Positions 29,705-44,119 of a DNA stretch of 64,000 nucleotides are shown here, piece after piece (position 1 is the first letter of the stretch; every line of letters starts with the position of its first letter). The stretch comes from Macrostomum lignano (taxonomy: Eukaryota). A program made the position numbers and the translations under genes. The DNA lies in the NCBI GenBank assembly GCA_002269645.1, contig NIVC01002209.1, positions 1 through 64,000 of the forward strand, read 5' to 3'. The notes under the pieces were generated by a model. That model had not been told where the DNA came from. It was given only the letters and a program-made list of their open reading frames with translations, and did no database searches.

Positions 29705-31349
29705 ATTTTTCTATTCTTTAGCAGCCCTTTTGTGCCGTTTTAAGTTCCCAGAAATGTAATAATTCCATCTCATAAGGAAAGAAGTGCTCAGCACTCGCGA
29801 CAATGGGGCATCAGCAGGCAGGCATGGCTGCACTACAACATAGTCAGATCACTTTGAAGTCACTCTGAAAATTCTAATTGGCCGTGTAGCAGCGAAAAAG
29901 AAAGCCTCGCAGTGGCTTCAGACAGGCAAAGGACTGCTCGAGGTGCAAAGGGGAGTTCTTTTATGAATTTTTGAAAGCAACTTTTGAATTTAATGACAGA
30001 CTTCGATCCGAAACTCCAAGGCTCATTATCCAACTAATTCTACCTTAAGTCAGTTACTGCACCGTATGCCCTCGTTAATTAAGATAATTAAAAAAAAGAT
30101 ATGAACCGGAAAACTCTAAGTTGGGTGTTTACAAATTTCAGAATTTTGTCAGAACTTTCTAGAAGTGCAAACTTTTTTATTAGAAAAATTCTTTGAGCAA
30201 GTCGCTTAACTCTGCATTGCTTCAGTTCACCCAGCTGTAAAATGGGTGCCAGCATTAGCTGGGGTAATTGAGGGTGTCTGTGGCGACCCCCCAGTCCTTG
30301 GACTGAACAGCCGTACGCAGCCTTCAGATGCGCCGCGCAATAGCTGCGGCTGAGCTGTCGGTTGCACATCTGCGCATTAGGTCAGGTGTAATGAGAATAT
30401 GTATGTCTATATGTATGTCTTTTTCAGTATTCCCGTGTTTGCTGGGTGTCATGAGAGGGTTAATGAAAGTGCTAGGAGAGGGTCAATGAAAGAAAGAGTC
30501 AGAAGAGGGACAATGATAGTGTCAGGAGAGGGTCAATGAAAGTGCTAGGAGAGGGTCAATGAAAGAAAGAGTCAGAAGAGGGACAATGATAGTGTCAGGA
30601 GAGGGTCATTGATAGTGACAGGAGAGGGTCAATGAGGCGTCAGGAAAGGGTTACTGAGGCTGTCAGGAGAGGGTTACTGAAGCTGTCAGGAAAGGGTTAC
30701 TGAAGCTGTCAGGAGATGGTTACTGAGGCTGTCAGGAGAGGGTTACTGAGGCTGTCAGGAAAGGGTTACTGAAGCTGTCAGGAGATGGTTACTGAGGCTG
30801 TCAGGAGAGGGTTACTGAGGCTGTCAATAGAGGGTTAATGAGGCTGTCAAGAGAGGGTTAATGAGGCTGTCAAGAGAGGGTTAATGAGGCTGTCAAGAGA
30901 GGGTTAATGAGGCTGTCAAGAGAGGGTTACTGAGGCTGTCAGGAGAGGGTTGTCAATGAGGCTGTCAATATGTCAAGATGTACCGAATGAAAGGTGTCAG
31001 TGCACGTGTTAGCATAAAAGTTGTCAGTGCATGCTGCACGTTCAATGGGACAATTTCCGTTGCAATAATCAATAATTAGCATCTTTCTGCTAATTTCAAA
31101 CAGAGGAAATCGGGATCCGTTTTTGATCTGTTTGGCTCATCCCCCTGTAGGGAATTCATCCCAATCTATTCCAATTTTCTTTCACAAACCCGTGCGTAGC
31201 ATTTTAAATTAAATTTCAGAATTTCATAAAAGCTCAGGAAATTGAAAGCAAGTTACACGCAGACTTCACTGACTTAATCAAAAAATAATTGTTGAACTCA
31301 TTGAAGAAAGTCGGAGAAAGGTTTTCCGCTTTGCATTATTGCAAATTGG
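29705..31349 (+). repeat. Segment A of about 1.6 kb, direct duplicate of 41119-42711; contains a 23-bp VNTR
   Basis: Identical starts (ttttctattctttagcagccc) and ends (gcattattgcaaattgg), with a few substitutions and different VNTR copy number. Confidence 0.95.
30191..30420 (+). mobile_element. SINE fragment with conserved central (CORE/Nin-like) domain; second copy near 41605
   Basis: CTTTGAGCAAGTCGCTTAAC..CAGTTCACCCAGCTGTAAAATGGG resembles, from memory, the conserved SINE core CCTTGGGCAAGTCACTTAAC..CTGTAAAATGGG. Confidence 0.45.
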
Positions 31350-32255
31350 TATATCTTCGTATACTTCGTATACGAGCTATTCTCCGCCAAAAATCTACTT
31401 GGGATAAGCAAGAGTACTATTTCTGCAGCTGAATATTTAAGACGCACGACACTACTACGACTACGGCTACGACTACGACTGTACTACTACTACTCTACTA
31501 CCACTACTACTACTACTGCAACTACTAGTGCTACTACTACTGAAAATCTAGCTTCAACTGATCCGCAGTGCCCAGTCGCCTGTGACCAGGGGCTGTGCAG
31601 GCGGCGATCTGTGACCAGACGCCGCCAACTGCGACTAGTGGCCTGCCTGGCTACTTCAAATAACTGCTTACCAGTACGTCTCTACTACGACTACGCCTAC
31701 GACTGCTCTACTACTACTCTACTAATACTTGTACTACTACTACTTCCATTACTACTACTACGAGCTACTACTGCAACTACTAGTGCTACTACTACTGATA
31801 ATCTAGCCTCAACTGATCTGCAGTGCCCAGTCGCCTGTGACCAGGGGCTGTGCAGGCGGCGATCTGTGACCAGACGCCGCCAACTGCAACTAGTGGCCTG
31901 CCTGGCGACTCAATTTTCTCAGTTCTCAAAGTTCTCAGTGCTCTGTTTTAATTTAATATTTGTTCTCAATTCTACGGGCGTAAATAACTTATTTGTTGAA
32001 CTTTTCAAGATGCTTATTCATACACTTCTACGCTCTAAATCTGTTTTTCTATAGCACCTAACATCTTTAATATTTTTTGTGCAAGGCTTTAAGCTGCCAA
32101 TCTTTAACCAATCAGCGTGCTTCAACTCACGTTTTTAACTAATTATGCGTACACATCTTTACTCAACACTGCTCAGTGCACCCCCAAAAGTCGCATATAT
32201 ATATATTGAAATTATGTTACAATAACTTCACTGCCAATATATTTGTTTTTAAACC

Positions 32256-32311
32256 CGAATAAATAAACCCTGACGAAGGCCCAGTCTGGGCCGAAATATC
32301 GGTTTTTTTCG
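32256..32311 (+). ncRNA. Minimal type-I hammerhead ribozyme, copy 1 (predicted cleavage after C32300)
   Basis: Stem I AAACC/GGTTT, core CTGACGA(A), stem II GGCCC(A)-GTC-(T)GGGCC, GAAA, palindromic A-TA-T in place of stem III, AUC cleavage triplet. Confidence 0.88.
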
Positions 32312-33330
32312 AACATTCGACAACTGGCAACCTTCAATATCTTCCGAGTGCGTGGTTTGCAGTTTCAAACTGCCTTATGAATATCTGTACCCAGGACCGG
32401 ACTATTATTGAGGCTCGCCATGTTTGTCAACAAAATATCTTCGTATACGAGCTATTCTCCGCCAAAAATCTACTTGGGATAAGCAAGAGTACTATTTCTG
32501 CAGCTGAATATTTAAGACGCACGACACTACTACGACTACGGCTACGACTACGACTGTACTACTACTACTCTACTACCACTACTACTACTACTGCAACTAC
32601 TAGTGCTACTACTACTGAAAATCTAGCTTCAACTGATCCGCAGTGCCCAGTCGCCTGTGACCAGGGGCTGTGCAGGCGGCGATCTGTGACCAGACGCCGC
32701 CAACTGCGACTAGTGGCCTGCCTGGCTACTTCAAATAACTGCTTACCAGTACGTCTCTACTACGACTACGCCTACGACTGCTCTACTACTACTCTACTAA
32801 TACTTGTACTACTACTACTTCCATTACTACTACTACGAGCTACTACTGCAACTACTAGTGCTACTACTACTGATAATCTAGCCTCAACTGATCTGCAGTG
32901 CCCAGTCGCCTGTGACCAGGGGCTGTGCAGGCGGCGATCTGTGACCAGACGCCGCCAACTGCAACTAGTGGCCTGCCTGGCGACTCAATTTTCTCAGTTC
33001 TCAAAGTTCTCAGTGCTCTGTTTTAATTTAATATTTGTTCTCAATTCTACGGGCGTAAATAACTTATTTGTTGAACTTTTCAAGATGCTTATTCATACAC
33101 TTCTACGCTCTAAATCTGTTTTTCTATAGCACCTAACATCTTTAATATTTTTTGTGCAAGGCTTTAAGCTGCCAATCTTTAACCAATCAGCGTGCTTCAA
33201 CTCACGTTTTTAACTAATTATGCGTACACATCTTTACTCAACACTGCTCAGTGCACCCCCAAAAGTCGCATATATATATATTGAAATTATGTTACAATAA
33301 CTTCACTGCCAATATATTTGTTTTTAAACC

Positions 33331-33386
33331 CGAATAAATAAACCCTGACGAAGGCCCAGTCTGGGCCGAAATATCGGTTTTTTTCG
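33331..33386 (+). ncRNA. Minimal type-I hammerhead ribozyme, copy 2 (cleavage after 33375)
   Basis: Same sequence as copy 1. Confidence 0.88.
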
Positions 33387-34405
33387 AACATTCGACAACT
33401 GGCAACCTTCAATATCTTCCGAGTGCGTGGTTTGCAGTTTCAAACTGCCTTATGAATATCTGTACCCAGGACCGGACTATTATTGAGGCTCGCCATGTTT
33501 GTCAACAAAATATCTTCGTATACGAGCTATTCTCCGCCAAAAATCTACTTGGGATAAGCAAGAGTACTATTTCTGCAGCTGAATATTTAAGACGCACGAC
33601 ACTACTACGACTACGGCTACGACTACGACTGTACTACTACTACTCTACTACCACTACTACTACTACTGCAACTACTAGTGCTACTACTACTGAAAATCTA
33701 GCTTCAACTGATCCGCAGTGCCCAGTCGCCTGTGACCAGGGGCTGTGCAGGCGGCGATCTGTGACCAGACGCCGCCAACTGCGACTAGTGGCCTGCCTGG
33801 CTACTTCAAATAACTGCTTACCAGTACGTCTCTACTACGACTACGCCTACGACTGCTCTACTACTACTCTACTAATACTTGTACTACTACTACTTCCATT
33901 ACTACTACTACGAGCTACTACTGCAACTACTAGTGCTACTACTACTGATAATCTAGCCTCAACTGATCTGCAGTGCCCAGTCGCCTGTGACCAGGGGCTG
34001 TGCAGGCGGCGATCTGTGACCAGACGCCGCCAACTGCAACTAGTGGCCTGCCTGGCGACTCAATTTTCTCAGTTCTCAAAGTTCTCAGTGCTCTGTTTTA
34101 ATTTAATATTTGTTCTCAATTCTACGGGCGTAAATAACTTATTTGTTGAACTTTTCAAGATGCTTATTCATACACTTCTACGCTCTAAATCTGTTTTTCT
34201 ATAGCACCTAACATCTTTAATATTTTTTGTGCAAGGCTTTAAGCTGCCAATCTTTAACCAATCAGCGTGCTTCAACTCACGTTTTTAACTAATTATGCGT
34301 ACACATCTTTACTCAACACTGCTCAGTGCACCCCCAAAAGTCGCATATATATATATTGAAATTATGTTACAATAACTTCACTGCCAATATATTTGTTTTT
34401 AAACC

Positions 34406-34460
34406 CGAATAAATAAACCCTGACGAAGGCCCAGTCTGGGCCGAAATATCGGTTTTTTCG
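34406..34460 (+). ncRNA. Minimal type-I hammerhead ribozyme, copy 3 (cleavage after 34450)
   Basis: Same core as copy 1; T6 instead of T7 in distal stem I. Confidence 0.88.
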
Positions 34461-35479
34461 AACATTCGACAACTGGTAACCTTCAATATCTTCCGAGTGC
34501 GTGGTTTGCAGTTTCAAACTGCCTTATGAATATCTGTACCCAGGACCGGACTATTATTGAGGCTCGCCATGTTTGTCAACAAAATATCTTCGTATACGAG
34601 CTATTCTCCGCCAAAAATCTACTTGGGATAAGCAAGAGTACTATTTCTGCAGCTGAATATTTAAGACGCACGACACTACTACGACTACGGCTACGACTAC
34701 GACTGTACTACTACTACTCTACTACCACTACTACTACTACTGCAACTACTAGTGCTACTACTACTGAAAATCTAGCTTCAACTGATCCGCAGTGCCCAGT
34801 CGCCTGTGACCAGGGGCTGTGCAGGCGGCGATCTGTGACCAGACGCCGCCAACTGCGACTAGTGGCCTGCCTGGCTACTTCAAATAACTGCTTACCAGTA
34901 CGTCTCTACTACGACTACGCCTACGACTGCTCTACTACTACTCTACTAATACTTGTACTACTACTACTTCCATTACTACTACTACGAGCTACTACTGCAA
35001 CTACTAGTGCTACTACTACTGATAATCTAGCCTCAACTGATCTGCAGTGCCCAGTCGCCTGTGACCAGGGGCTGTGCAGGCGGCGATCTGTGACCAGACG
35101 CCGCCAACTGCAACTAGTGGCCTGCCTGGCGACTCAATTTTCTCAGTTCTCAAAGTTCTCAGTGCTCTGTTTTAATTTAATATTTGTTCTCAATTCTACG
35201 GGCGTAAATAACTTATTTGTTGAACTTTTCAAGATGCTTATTCATACACTTCTACGCTCTAAATCTGTTTTTCTATAGCACCTAACATCTTTAATATTTT
35301 TTGTGCAAGGCTTTAAGCTGCCAATCTTTAACCAATCAGCGTGCTTCAACTCACGTTTTTAACTAATTATGCGTACACATCTTTACTCAACACTGCTCAG
35401 TGCACCCCCAAAAGTCGCATATATATATATTGAAATTATGTTACAATAACTTCACTGCCAATATATTTGTTTTTAAACC

Positions 35480-35535
35480 CGAATAAATAAACCCTGACGA
35501 AGGCCCAGTCTGGGCCGAAATATCGGTTTTTTTCG
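35480..35535 (+). ncRNA. Minimal type-I hammerhead ribozyme, copy 4 (cleavage after 35524)
   Basis: Same sequence as copy 1. Confidence 0.88.
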
Positions 35536-36554
35536 AACATTCGACAACTGGCAACCTTCAATATCTTCCGAGTGCGTGGTTTGCAGTTTCAAACTGCCTT
35601 ATGAATATCTGTACCCAGGACCGGACTATTATTGAGGCTCGCCATGTTTGTCAACAAAATATCTTCGTATACGAGCTATTCTCCGCCAAAAATCTACTTG
35701 GGATAAGCAAGAGTACTATTTCTGCAGCTGAATATTTAAGACGCACGACACTACTACGACTACGGCTACGACTACGACTGTACTACTACTACTCTACTAC
35801 CACTACTACTACTACTGCAACTACTAGTGCTACTACTACTGAAAATCTAGCTTCAACTGATCCGCAGTGCCCAGTCGCCTGTGACCAGGGGCTGTGCAGG
35901 CGGCGATCTGTGACCAGACGCCGCCAACTGCGACTAGTGGCCTGCCTGGCTACTTCAAATAACTGCTTACCAGTACGTCTCTACTACGACTACGCCTACG
36001 ACTGCTCTACTACTACTCTACTAATACTTGTACTACTACTACTTCCATTACTACTACTACGAGCTACTACTGCAACTACTAGTGCTACTACTACTGATAA
36101 TCTAGCCTCAACTGATCTGCAGTGCCCAGTCGCCTGTGACCAGGGGCTGTGCAGGCGGCGATCTGTGACCAGACGCCGCCAACTGCAACTAGTGGCCTGC
36201 CTGGCGACTCAATTTTCTCAGTTCTCAAAGTTCTCAGTGCTCTGTTTTAATTTAATATTTGTTCTCAATTCTACGGGCGTAAATAACTTATTTGTTGAAC
36301 TTTTCAAGATGCTTATTCATACACTTCTACGCTCTAAATCTGTTTTTCTATAGCACCTAACATCTTTAATATTTTTTGTGCAAGGCTTTAAGCTGCCAAT
36401 CTTTAACCAATCAGCGTGCTTCAACTCACGTTTTTAACTAATTATGCGTACACATCTTTACTCAACACTGCTCAGTGCACCCCCAAAAGTCGCATATATA
36501 TATATTGAAATTATGTTACAATAACTTCACTGCCAATATATTTGTTTTTAAACC

Positions 36555-36610
36555 CGAATAAATAAACCCTGACGAAGGCCCAGTCTGGGCCGAAATATCG
36601 GTTTTTTTCG
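36555..36610 (+). ncRNA. Minimal type-I hammerhead ribozyme, copy 5 (cleavage after 36599)
   Basis: Same sequence as copy 1. Confidence 0.88.
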
Positions 36611-37629
36611 AACATTCGACAACTGGCAACCTTCAATATCTTCCGAGTGCGTGGTTTGCAGTTTCAAACTGCCTTATGAATATCTGTACCCAGGACCGGA
36701 CTATTATTGAGGCTCGCCATGTTTGTCAACAAAATATCTTCGTATACGAGCTATTCTCCGCCAAAAATCTACTTGGGATAAGCAAGAGTACTATTTCTGC
36801 AGCTGAATATTTAAGACGCACGACACTACTACGACTACGGCTACGACTACGACTGTACTACTACTACTCTACTACCACTACTACTACTACTGCAACTACT
36901 AGTGCTACTACTACTGAAAATCTAGCTTCAACTGATCCGCAGTGCCCAGTCGCCTGTGACCAGGGGCTGTGCAGGCGGCGATCTGTGACCAGACGCCGCC
37001 AACTGCGACTAGTGGCCTGCCTGGCTACTTCAAATAACTGCTTACCAGTACGTCTCTACTACGACTACGCCTACGACTGCTCTACTACTACTCTACTAAT
37101 ACTTGTACTACTACTACTTCCATTACTACTACTACGAGCTACTACTGCAACTACTAGTGCTACTACTACTGATAATCTAGCCTCAACTGATCTGCAGTGC
37201 CCAGTCGCCTGTGACCAGGGGCTGTGCAGGCGGCGATCTGTGACCAGACGCCGCCAACTGCAACTAGTGGCCTGCCTGGCGACTCAATTTTCTCAGTTCT
37301 CAAAGTTCTCAGTGCTCTGTTTTAATTTAATATTTGTTCTCAATTCTACGGGCGTAAATAACTTATTTGTTGAACTTTTCAAGATGCTTATTCATACACT
37401 TCTACGCTCTAAATCTGTTTTTCTATAGCACCTAACATCTTTAATATTTTTTGTGCAAGGCTTTAAGCTGCCAATCTTTAACCAATCAGCGTGCTTCAAC
37501 TCACGTTTTTAACTAATTATGCGTACACATCTTTACTCAACACTGCTCAGTGCACCCCCAAAAGTCGCATATATATATATTGAAATTATGTTACAATAAC
37601 TTCACTGCCAATATATTTGTTTTTAAACC

Positions 37630-37685
37630 CGAATAAATAAACCCTGACGAAGGCCCAGTCTGGGCCGAAATATCGGTTTTTTTCG
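37630..37685 (+). ncRNA. Minimal type-I hammerhead ribozyme, copy 6 (cleavage after 37674)
   Basis: Same sequence as copy 1. Confidence 0.88.
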
Positions 37686-38704
37686 AACATTCGACAACTG
37701 GCAACCTTCAATATCTTCCGAGTGCGTGGTTTGCAGTTTCAAACTGCCTTATGAATATCTGTACCCAGGACCGGACTATTATTGAGGCTCGCCATGTTTG
37801 TCAACAAAATATCTTCGTATACGAGCTATTCTCCGCCAAAAATCTACTTGGGATAAGCAAGAGTACTATTTCTGCAGCTGAATATTTAAGACGCACGACA
37901 CTACTACGACTACGGCTACGACTACGACTGTACTACTACTACTCTACTACCACTACTACTACTACTGCAACTACTAGTGCTACTACTACTGAAAATCTAG
38001 CTTCAACTGATCCGCAGTGCCCAGTCGCCTGTGACCAGGGGCTGTGCAGGCGGCGATCTGTGACCAGACGCCGCCAACTGCGACTAGTGGCCTGCCTGGC
38101 TACTTCAAATAACTGCTTACCAGTACGTCTCTACTACGACTACGCCTACGACTGCTCTACTACTACTCTACTAATACTTGTACTACTACTACTTCCATTA
38201 CTACTACTACGAGCTACTACTGCAACTACTAGTGCTACTACTACTGATAATCTAGCCTCAACTGATCTGCAGTGCCCAGTCGCCTGTGACCAGGGGCTGT
38301 GCAGGCGGCGATCTGTGACCAGACGCCGCCAACTGCAACTAGTGGCCTGCCTGGCGACTCAATTTTCTCAGTTCTCAAAGTTCTCAGTGCTCTGTTTTAA
38401 TTTAATATTTGTTCTCAATTCTACGGGCGTAAATAACTTATTTGTTGAACTTTTCAAGATGCTTATTCATACACTTCTACGCTCTAAATCTGTTTTTCTA
38501 TAGCACCTAACATCTTTAATATTTTTTGTGCAAGGCTTTAAGCTGCCAATCTTTAACCAATCAGCGTGCTTCAACTCACGTTTTTAACTAATTATGCGTA
38601 CACATCTTTACTCAACACTGCTCAGTGCACCCCCAAAAGTCGCATATATATATATTGAAATTATGTTACAATAACTTCACTGCCAATATATTTGTTTTTA
38701 AACC

Positions 38705-38760
38705 CGAATAAATAAACCCTGACGAAGGCCCAGTCTGGGCCGAAATATCGGTTTTTTTCG
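38705..38760 (+). ncRNA. Minimal type-I hammerhead ribozyme, copy 7 (cleavage after 38749)
   Basis: Same sequence as copy 1. Confidence 0.88.
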
Positions 38761-39779
38761 AACATTCGACAACTGGCAACCTTCAATATCTTCCGAGTGC
38801 GTGGTTTGCAGTTTCAAACTGCCTTATGAATATCTGTACCCAGGACCGGACTATTATTGAGGCTCGCCATGTTTGTCAACAAAATATCTTCGTATACGAG
38901 CTATTCTCCGCCAAAAATCTACTTGGGATAAGCAAGAGTACTATTTCTGCAGCTGAATATTTAAGACGCACGACACTACTACGACTACGGCTACGACTAC
39001 GACTGTACTACTACTACTCTACTACCACTACTACTACTACTGCAACTACTAGTGCTACTACTACTGAAAATCTAGCTTCAACTGATCCGCAGTGCCCAGT
39101 CGCCTGTGACCAGGGGCTGTGCAGGCGGCGATCTGTGACCAGACGCCGCCAACTGCGACTAGTGGCCTGCCTGGCTACTTCAAATAACTGCTTACCAGTA
39201 CGTCTCTACTACGACTACGCCTACGACTGCTCTACTACTACTCTACTAATACTTGTACTACTACTACTTCCATTACTACTACTACGAGCTACTACTGCAA
39301 CTACTAGTGCTACTACTACTGATAATCTAGCCTCAACTGATCTGCAGTGCCCAGTCGCCTGTGACCAGGGGCTGTGCAGGCGGCGATCTGTGACCAGACG
39401 CCGCCAACTGCAACTAGTGGCCTGCCTGGCGACTCAATTTTCTCAGTTCTCAAAGTTCTCAGTGCTCTGTTTTAATTTAATATTTGTTCTCAATTCTACG
39501 GGCGTAAATAACTTATTTGTTGAACTTTTCAAGATGCTTATTCATACACTTCTACGCTCTAAATCTGTTTTTCTATAGCACCTAACATCTTTAATATTTT
39601 TTGTGCAAGGCTTTAAGCTGCCAATCTTTAACCAATCAGCGTGCTTCAACTCACGTTTTTAACTAATTATGCGTACACATCTTTACTCAACACTGCTCAG
39701 TGCACCCCCAAAAGTCGCATATATATATATTGAAATTATGTTACAATAACTTCACTGCCAATATATTTGTTTTTAAACC

Positions 39780-39835
39780 CGAATAAATAAACCCTGACGA
39801 AGGCCCAGTCTGGGCCGAAATATCGGTTTTTTTCG
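39780..39835 (+). ncRNA. Minimal type-I hammerhead ribozyme, copy 8 (cleavage after 39824)
   Basis: Same sequence as copy 1. Confidence 0.88.
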
Positions 39836-39904
39836 AACATTCGACAACTGGCAAACCTTCAATATCTTCCGAGTGCGTGGTTTGCAGTTTCAAACTGCCT
39901 TATG

Positions 39905-41118
<1,214 letters not shown>

Positions 41119-42711
41119 ATTTTTCTATTCTTTAGCAGCCCTTTTGTGCCGTTTTAAGTTCCCAGAAATGTAATAATTCCATCTCATAAGGAAAGAAGTG
41201 CTCAGCACTCGCGACAATGGGGCATCAGCAGGCAGGCATGGCTGCACTACAACATAGTCAGATCACTTTGAAGTCACTCTGAAAATTCTAATTGGCCGTG
41301 TAGCAGCGAAAAAGAAAGCCTCGCAGTGGCTTCAGACAGGCAAAGGACTGCTCGAGGTGCAAAGGGGAGTTCTTTTATGAATTTTTGAAAGCAACTTTTG
41401 AATTTAATGACAGACTTCGATCCGAAACTCCAAGGCTCATTACCCAACTAATTCTACCTTAAGTCAGTTACTGCACCGTATGCCCTCGTTAATTAAGATA
41501 ATTAAAAAAAAGATATGAACCGGAAAACTCTAAGTTGGGTGTTTACAAATTTCAGAATTTTGTCAGAACTTTCTAGAAGTGCAAACTTTTTTATTAGAAA
41601 AATTCTTTGAGCAAGTCGCTTAACTCTGCATTGCTTCAGTTCACCCAGCTGTAAAATGGGTGCCAGCATTAGCTGGGGTAATTGAGGGTGTCTGTGGCGA
41701 CCCCCCAGTCCTTGGACTGAACAGCCGTACGCAGCCTTCAGATGCGCCGCGCAATAGCTGCGGCTGAGCTGTCGGTTGCACATCTGCGCATTAGGTCAGG
41801 TGTAATGAGAATATGTATGTCTATATGTATGTCTTTTTCAGTATTCCCGTGTTTGCTGGGTGTCATGAGAGGGTTAATGAAAGTGCTAGGAGAGGGTCAA
41901 TGAAAGAAAGAGTCAGAAGAGGGACAATGATAGTGACAGGAGAGGGTCAATGAGGCGTCAGGAAAGGGTTACTGAAGCTGTCAGGAAAGGGTTACTGAAG
42001 CTGTCAGGAGATGGTTACTGAGGCTGTCAGGAGAGGGTTACTGAGGCTGTCAATAGAGGGTTAATGAGGCTGTCAAGAGAGGGTTAATGAGGCTGTCAAG
42101 AGAGGGTTAATGAGGCTGTCAAGAGAGGGTTACTGAGGCTGTCAGGAGAGGGTTACTGAGGCTGTCAATAGAGGGTTAATGAGGCTGTCAGGAGAGGGTT
42201 ACTGAGGCTGTCAATAGAGGGTTAATGAGGCTGTCAAGAGAGGGTTAATGAGGCTGTCAAGAGAGGGTTAATGAGGCTGTCAAGAGAGGGTTACTGAGGC
42301 TGTCAGGAGAGGGTTGTCAATGAGGCTGTCAGGGTGTCAAGATGTACCGAATGAAAGGTGTCAGTGCACGTCAGCATAAAAGTTGTCAGTGCATGCTGCA
42401 CGTTCAATGGGACAATTTCCGTTGCAATAATCAATAATTAGCATCTTTCTGCTAATTTCAAACAGAGGAAATCGGGATCCGTTTTTGATCTGTTTGGCTC
42501 ATCCCTCTGTAGGGAATTCATCCCAATCTATTCCAATTTTCTTTCACAAACCCGTGCGTAGCATTTTAAATTAAATTTCAGAATTTCATAACAGCTCAGG
42601 AAATTGAAAGCAAGTTACACGCAGACTTCACTGACTTAATCAAAAAATATTTGTTGAACTCATTGAAGAAAGTCGGAGAAAGGTTTTCCGCTTTGCATTA
42701 TTGCAAATTGG
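41119..42711 (+). repeat. Segment A', direct duplicate of 29705-31349
   Basis: Aligns end to end with segment A. Confidence 0.95.
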
Positions 42712-42924
42712 GGAATGATGTAATTAACGGCTACTGAGAGATTTGTCATAAATTTTATCTACAAATGTATGATTGACCTTAACATTTCGGCTGTTTAGTA
42801 GTCTGTGTGTGGAGCTAGGCTCAACAAAAATTATAAAATATAGTTGCATTTGGTGGCGCTAAAATTAGGCCGATAAAATTAAAAAGAATCCGCGGAGAAT
42901 GTCGTCGAAAGAGTTCAGAAAGTA

Positions 42925-43500
42925 GCGCCTAAACTCTGGAAATAGCGCCAAAACTCTGGAAATAGCGCCAAAACTCTGGAAATAGCGCCAAAACTCTGGA
43001 AATAGCGCCAAAACTCTGGAAATAGCGCCAAAACTCTGGAAATAGTGCCAAAAACAATCGGGATAACTGCTCCAAAAACTCATGGAATGGCGCTCAAAAG
43101 AATTCTGAAAATGGCGTCAGAACTAATGGAGAGAATAACGCCAAAAAAAACAATTTAGGGAATAGCACTAAAACTAATCCAGGAGAATGGCGCCAAACTA
43201 ATCGAGAGAATGGCGCCAAAAAATCTGGAAAATGGCGCTAGAATTAATCAAGAGAGTGGCGCCAAAGAAACAATCGAGAGAATGGCGCCAAAACCAATTG
43301 AAAGAATGGCGCGAAAACCAATCAAGAGAATGGCGTCAAAAAAACGAATCGACAGAAAGGCGCCAAAAAATCCGGAAAATAGCGTCAAAAAGAGTTTAGA
43401 AAATGGCGCAAGTTCAAAATCAGGCGCAAAAATTTCAAGACAATAACGCCAAAAAAATTTCAGAGAATGGCGCCAAAAAATTCCAGAGAGTTGGCATAAC
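42925..43500. repeat. 20-bp repeat (AAATAGCGCCAAAACTCTGG)n decaying rightwards
   Basis: Direct reading. Confidence 0.85.
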
Positions 43501-44064
43501 GGCCAGCCCGCAGGTATAAGCAGGTGTGATTGACAGGTCACAGTTTCAGCACCGCAGCAAGTGGAGGATAATCCCAGCCCAAGAGCCAGCCGCATCTCAC
43601 TGATAAAGGGTTGCCCGTCAGGAACTGCATTCAAGGCAGGCAGACGCCCCAGACCCGAACTCTTGGACCCAGCAGCAATAAGTACACGCGGCAAGGGTAC
43701 AGGACTGTAACTATATCTATTAATCTTTCTAAATCCCATGGGAAACTGGCAGAGCTGGCATTTCCAGATTATTTGTGAGTTCCTGACTCAGCTCTGCTAT
43801 GCGGACTTCCATAGTGTGGTCAAAACTTCTTATTTCGGGAGATGAAGGGCTGGAGCGGTGTGTCTTCTTGCAAGCTGCAATTCTCTTTGCAAGCTCAATA
43901 CGAATTCTTCATCAAAAATTTCATGCGATTTCTGCAGTCTGCGATTGGCTGCCAGAGCCTGGCTTGCGGGAGAGGAAAAGAAACGGAGCGAATGCAGCTC
44001 TGCTCTGCTTGAGTACTTATGCGACTGAAGGTAGGGCTTTCTTCATTCAGAGAGGCGGCAGTAG

Positions 44065-44065
<1 letters not shown>

Positions 44066-44119
<54 letters not shown>

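Noticed and set aside
32377-39578. Seven identical 250-aa ORFs (MNICTQDR...) in the tandem array
   Set aside because: Built largely from (CTA)n tracts and the duplicated GC module, with no recognisable domain. They repeat only because the DNA unit repeats. Not excluded without ribosome profiling.
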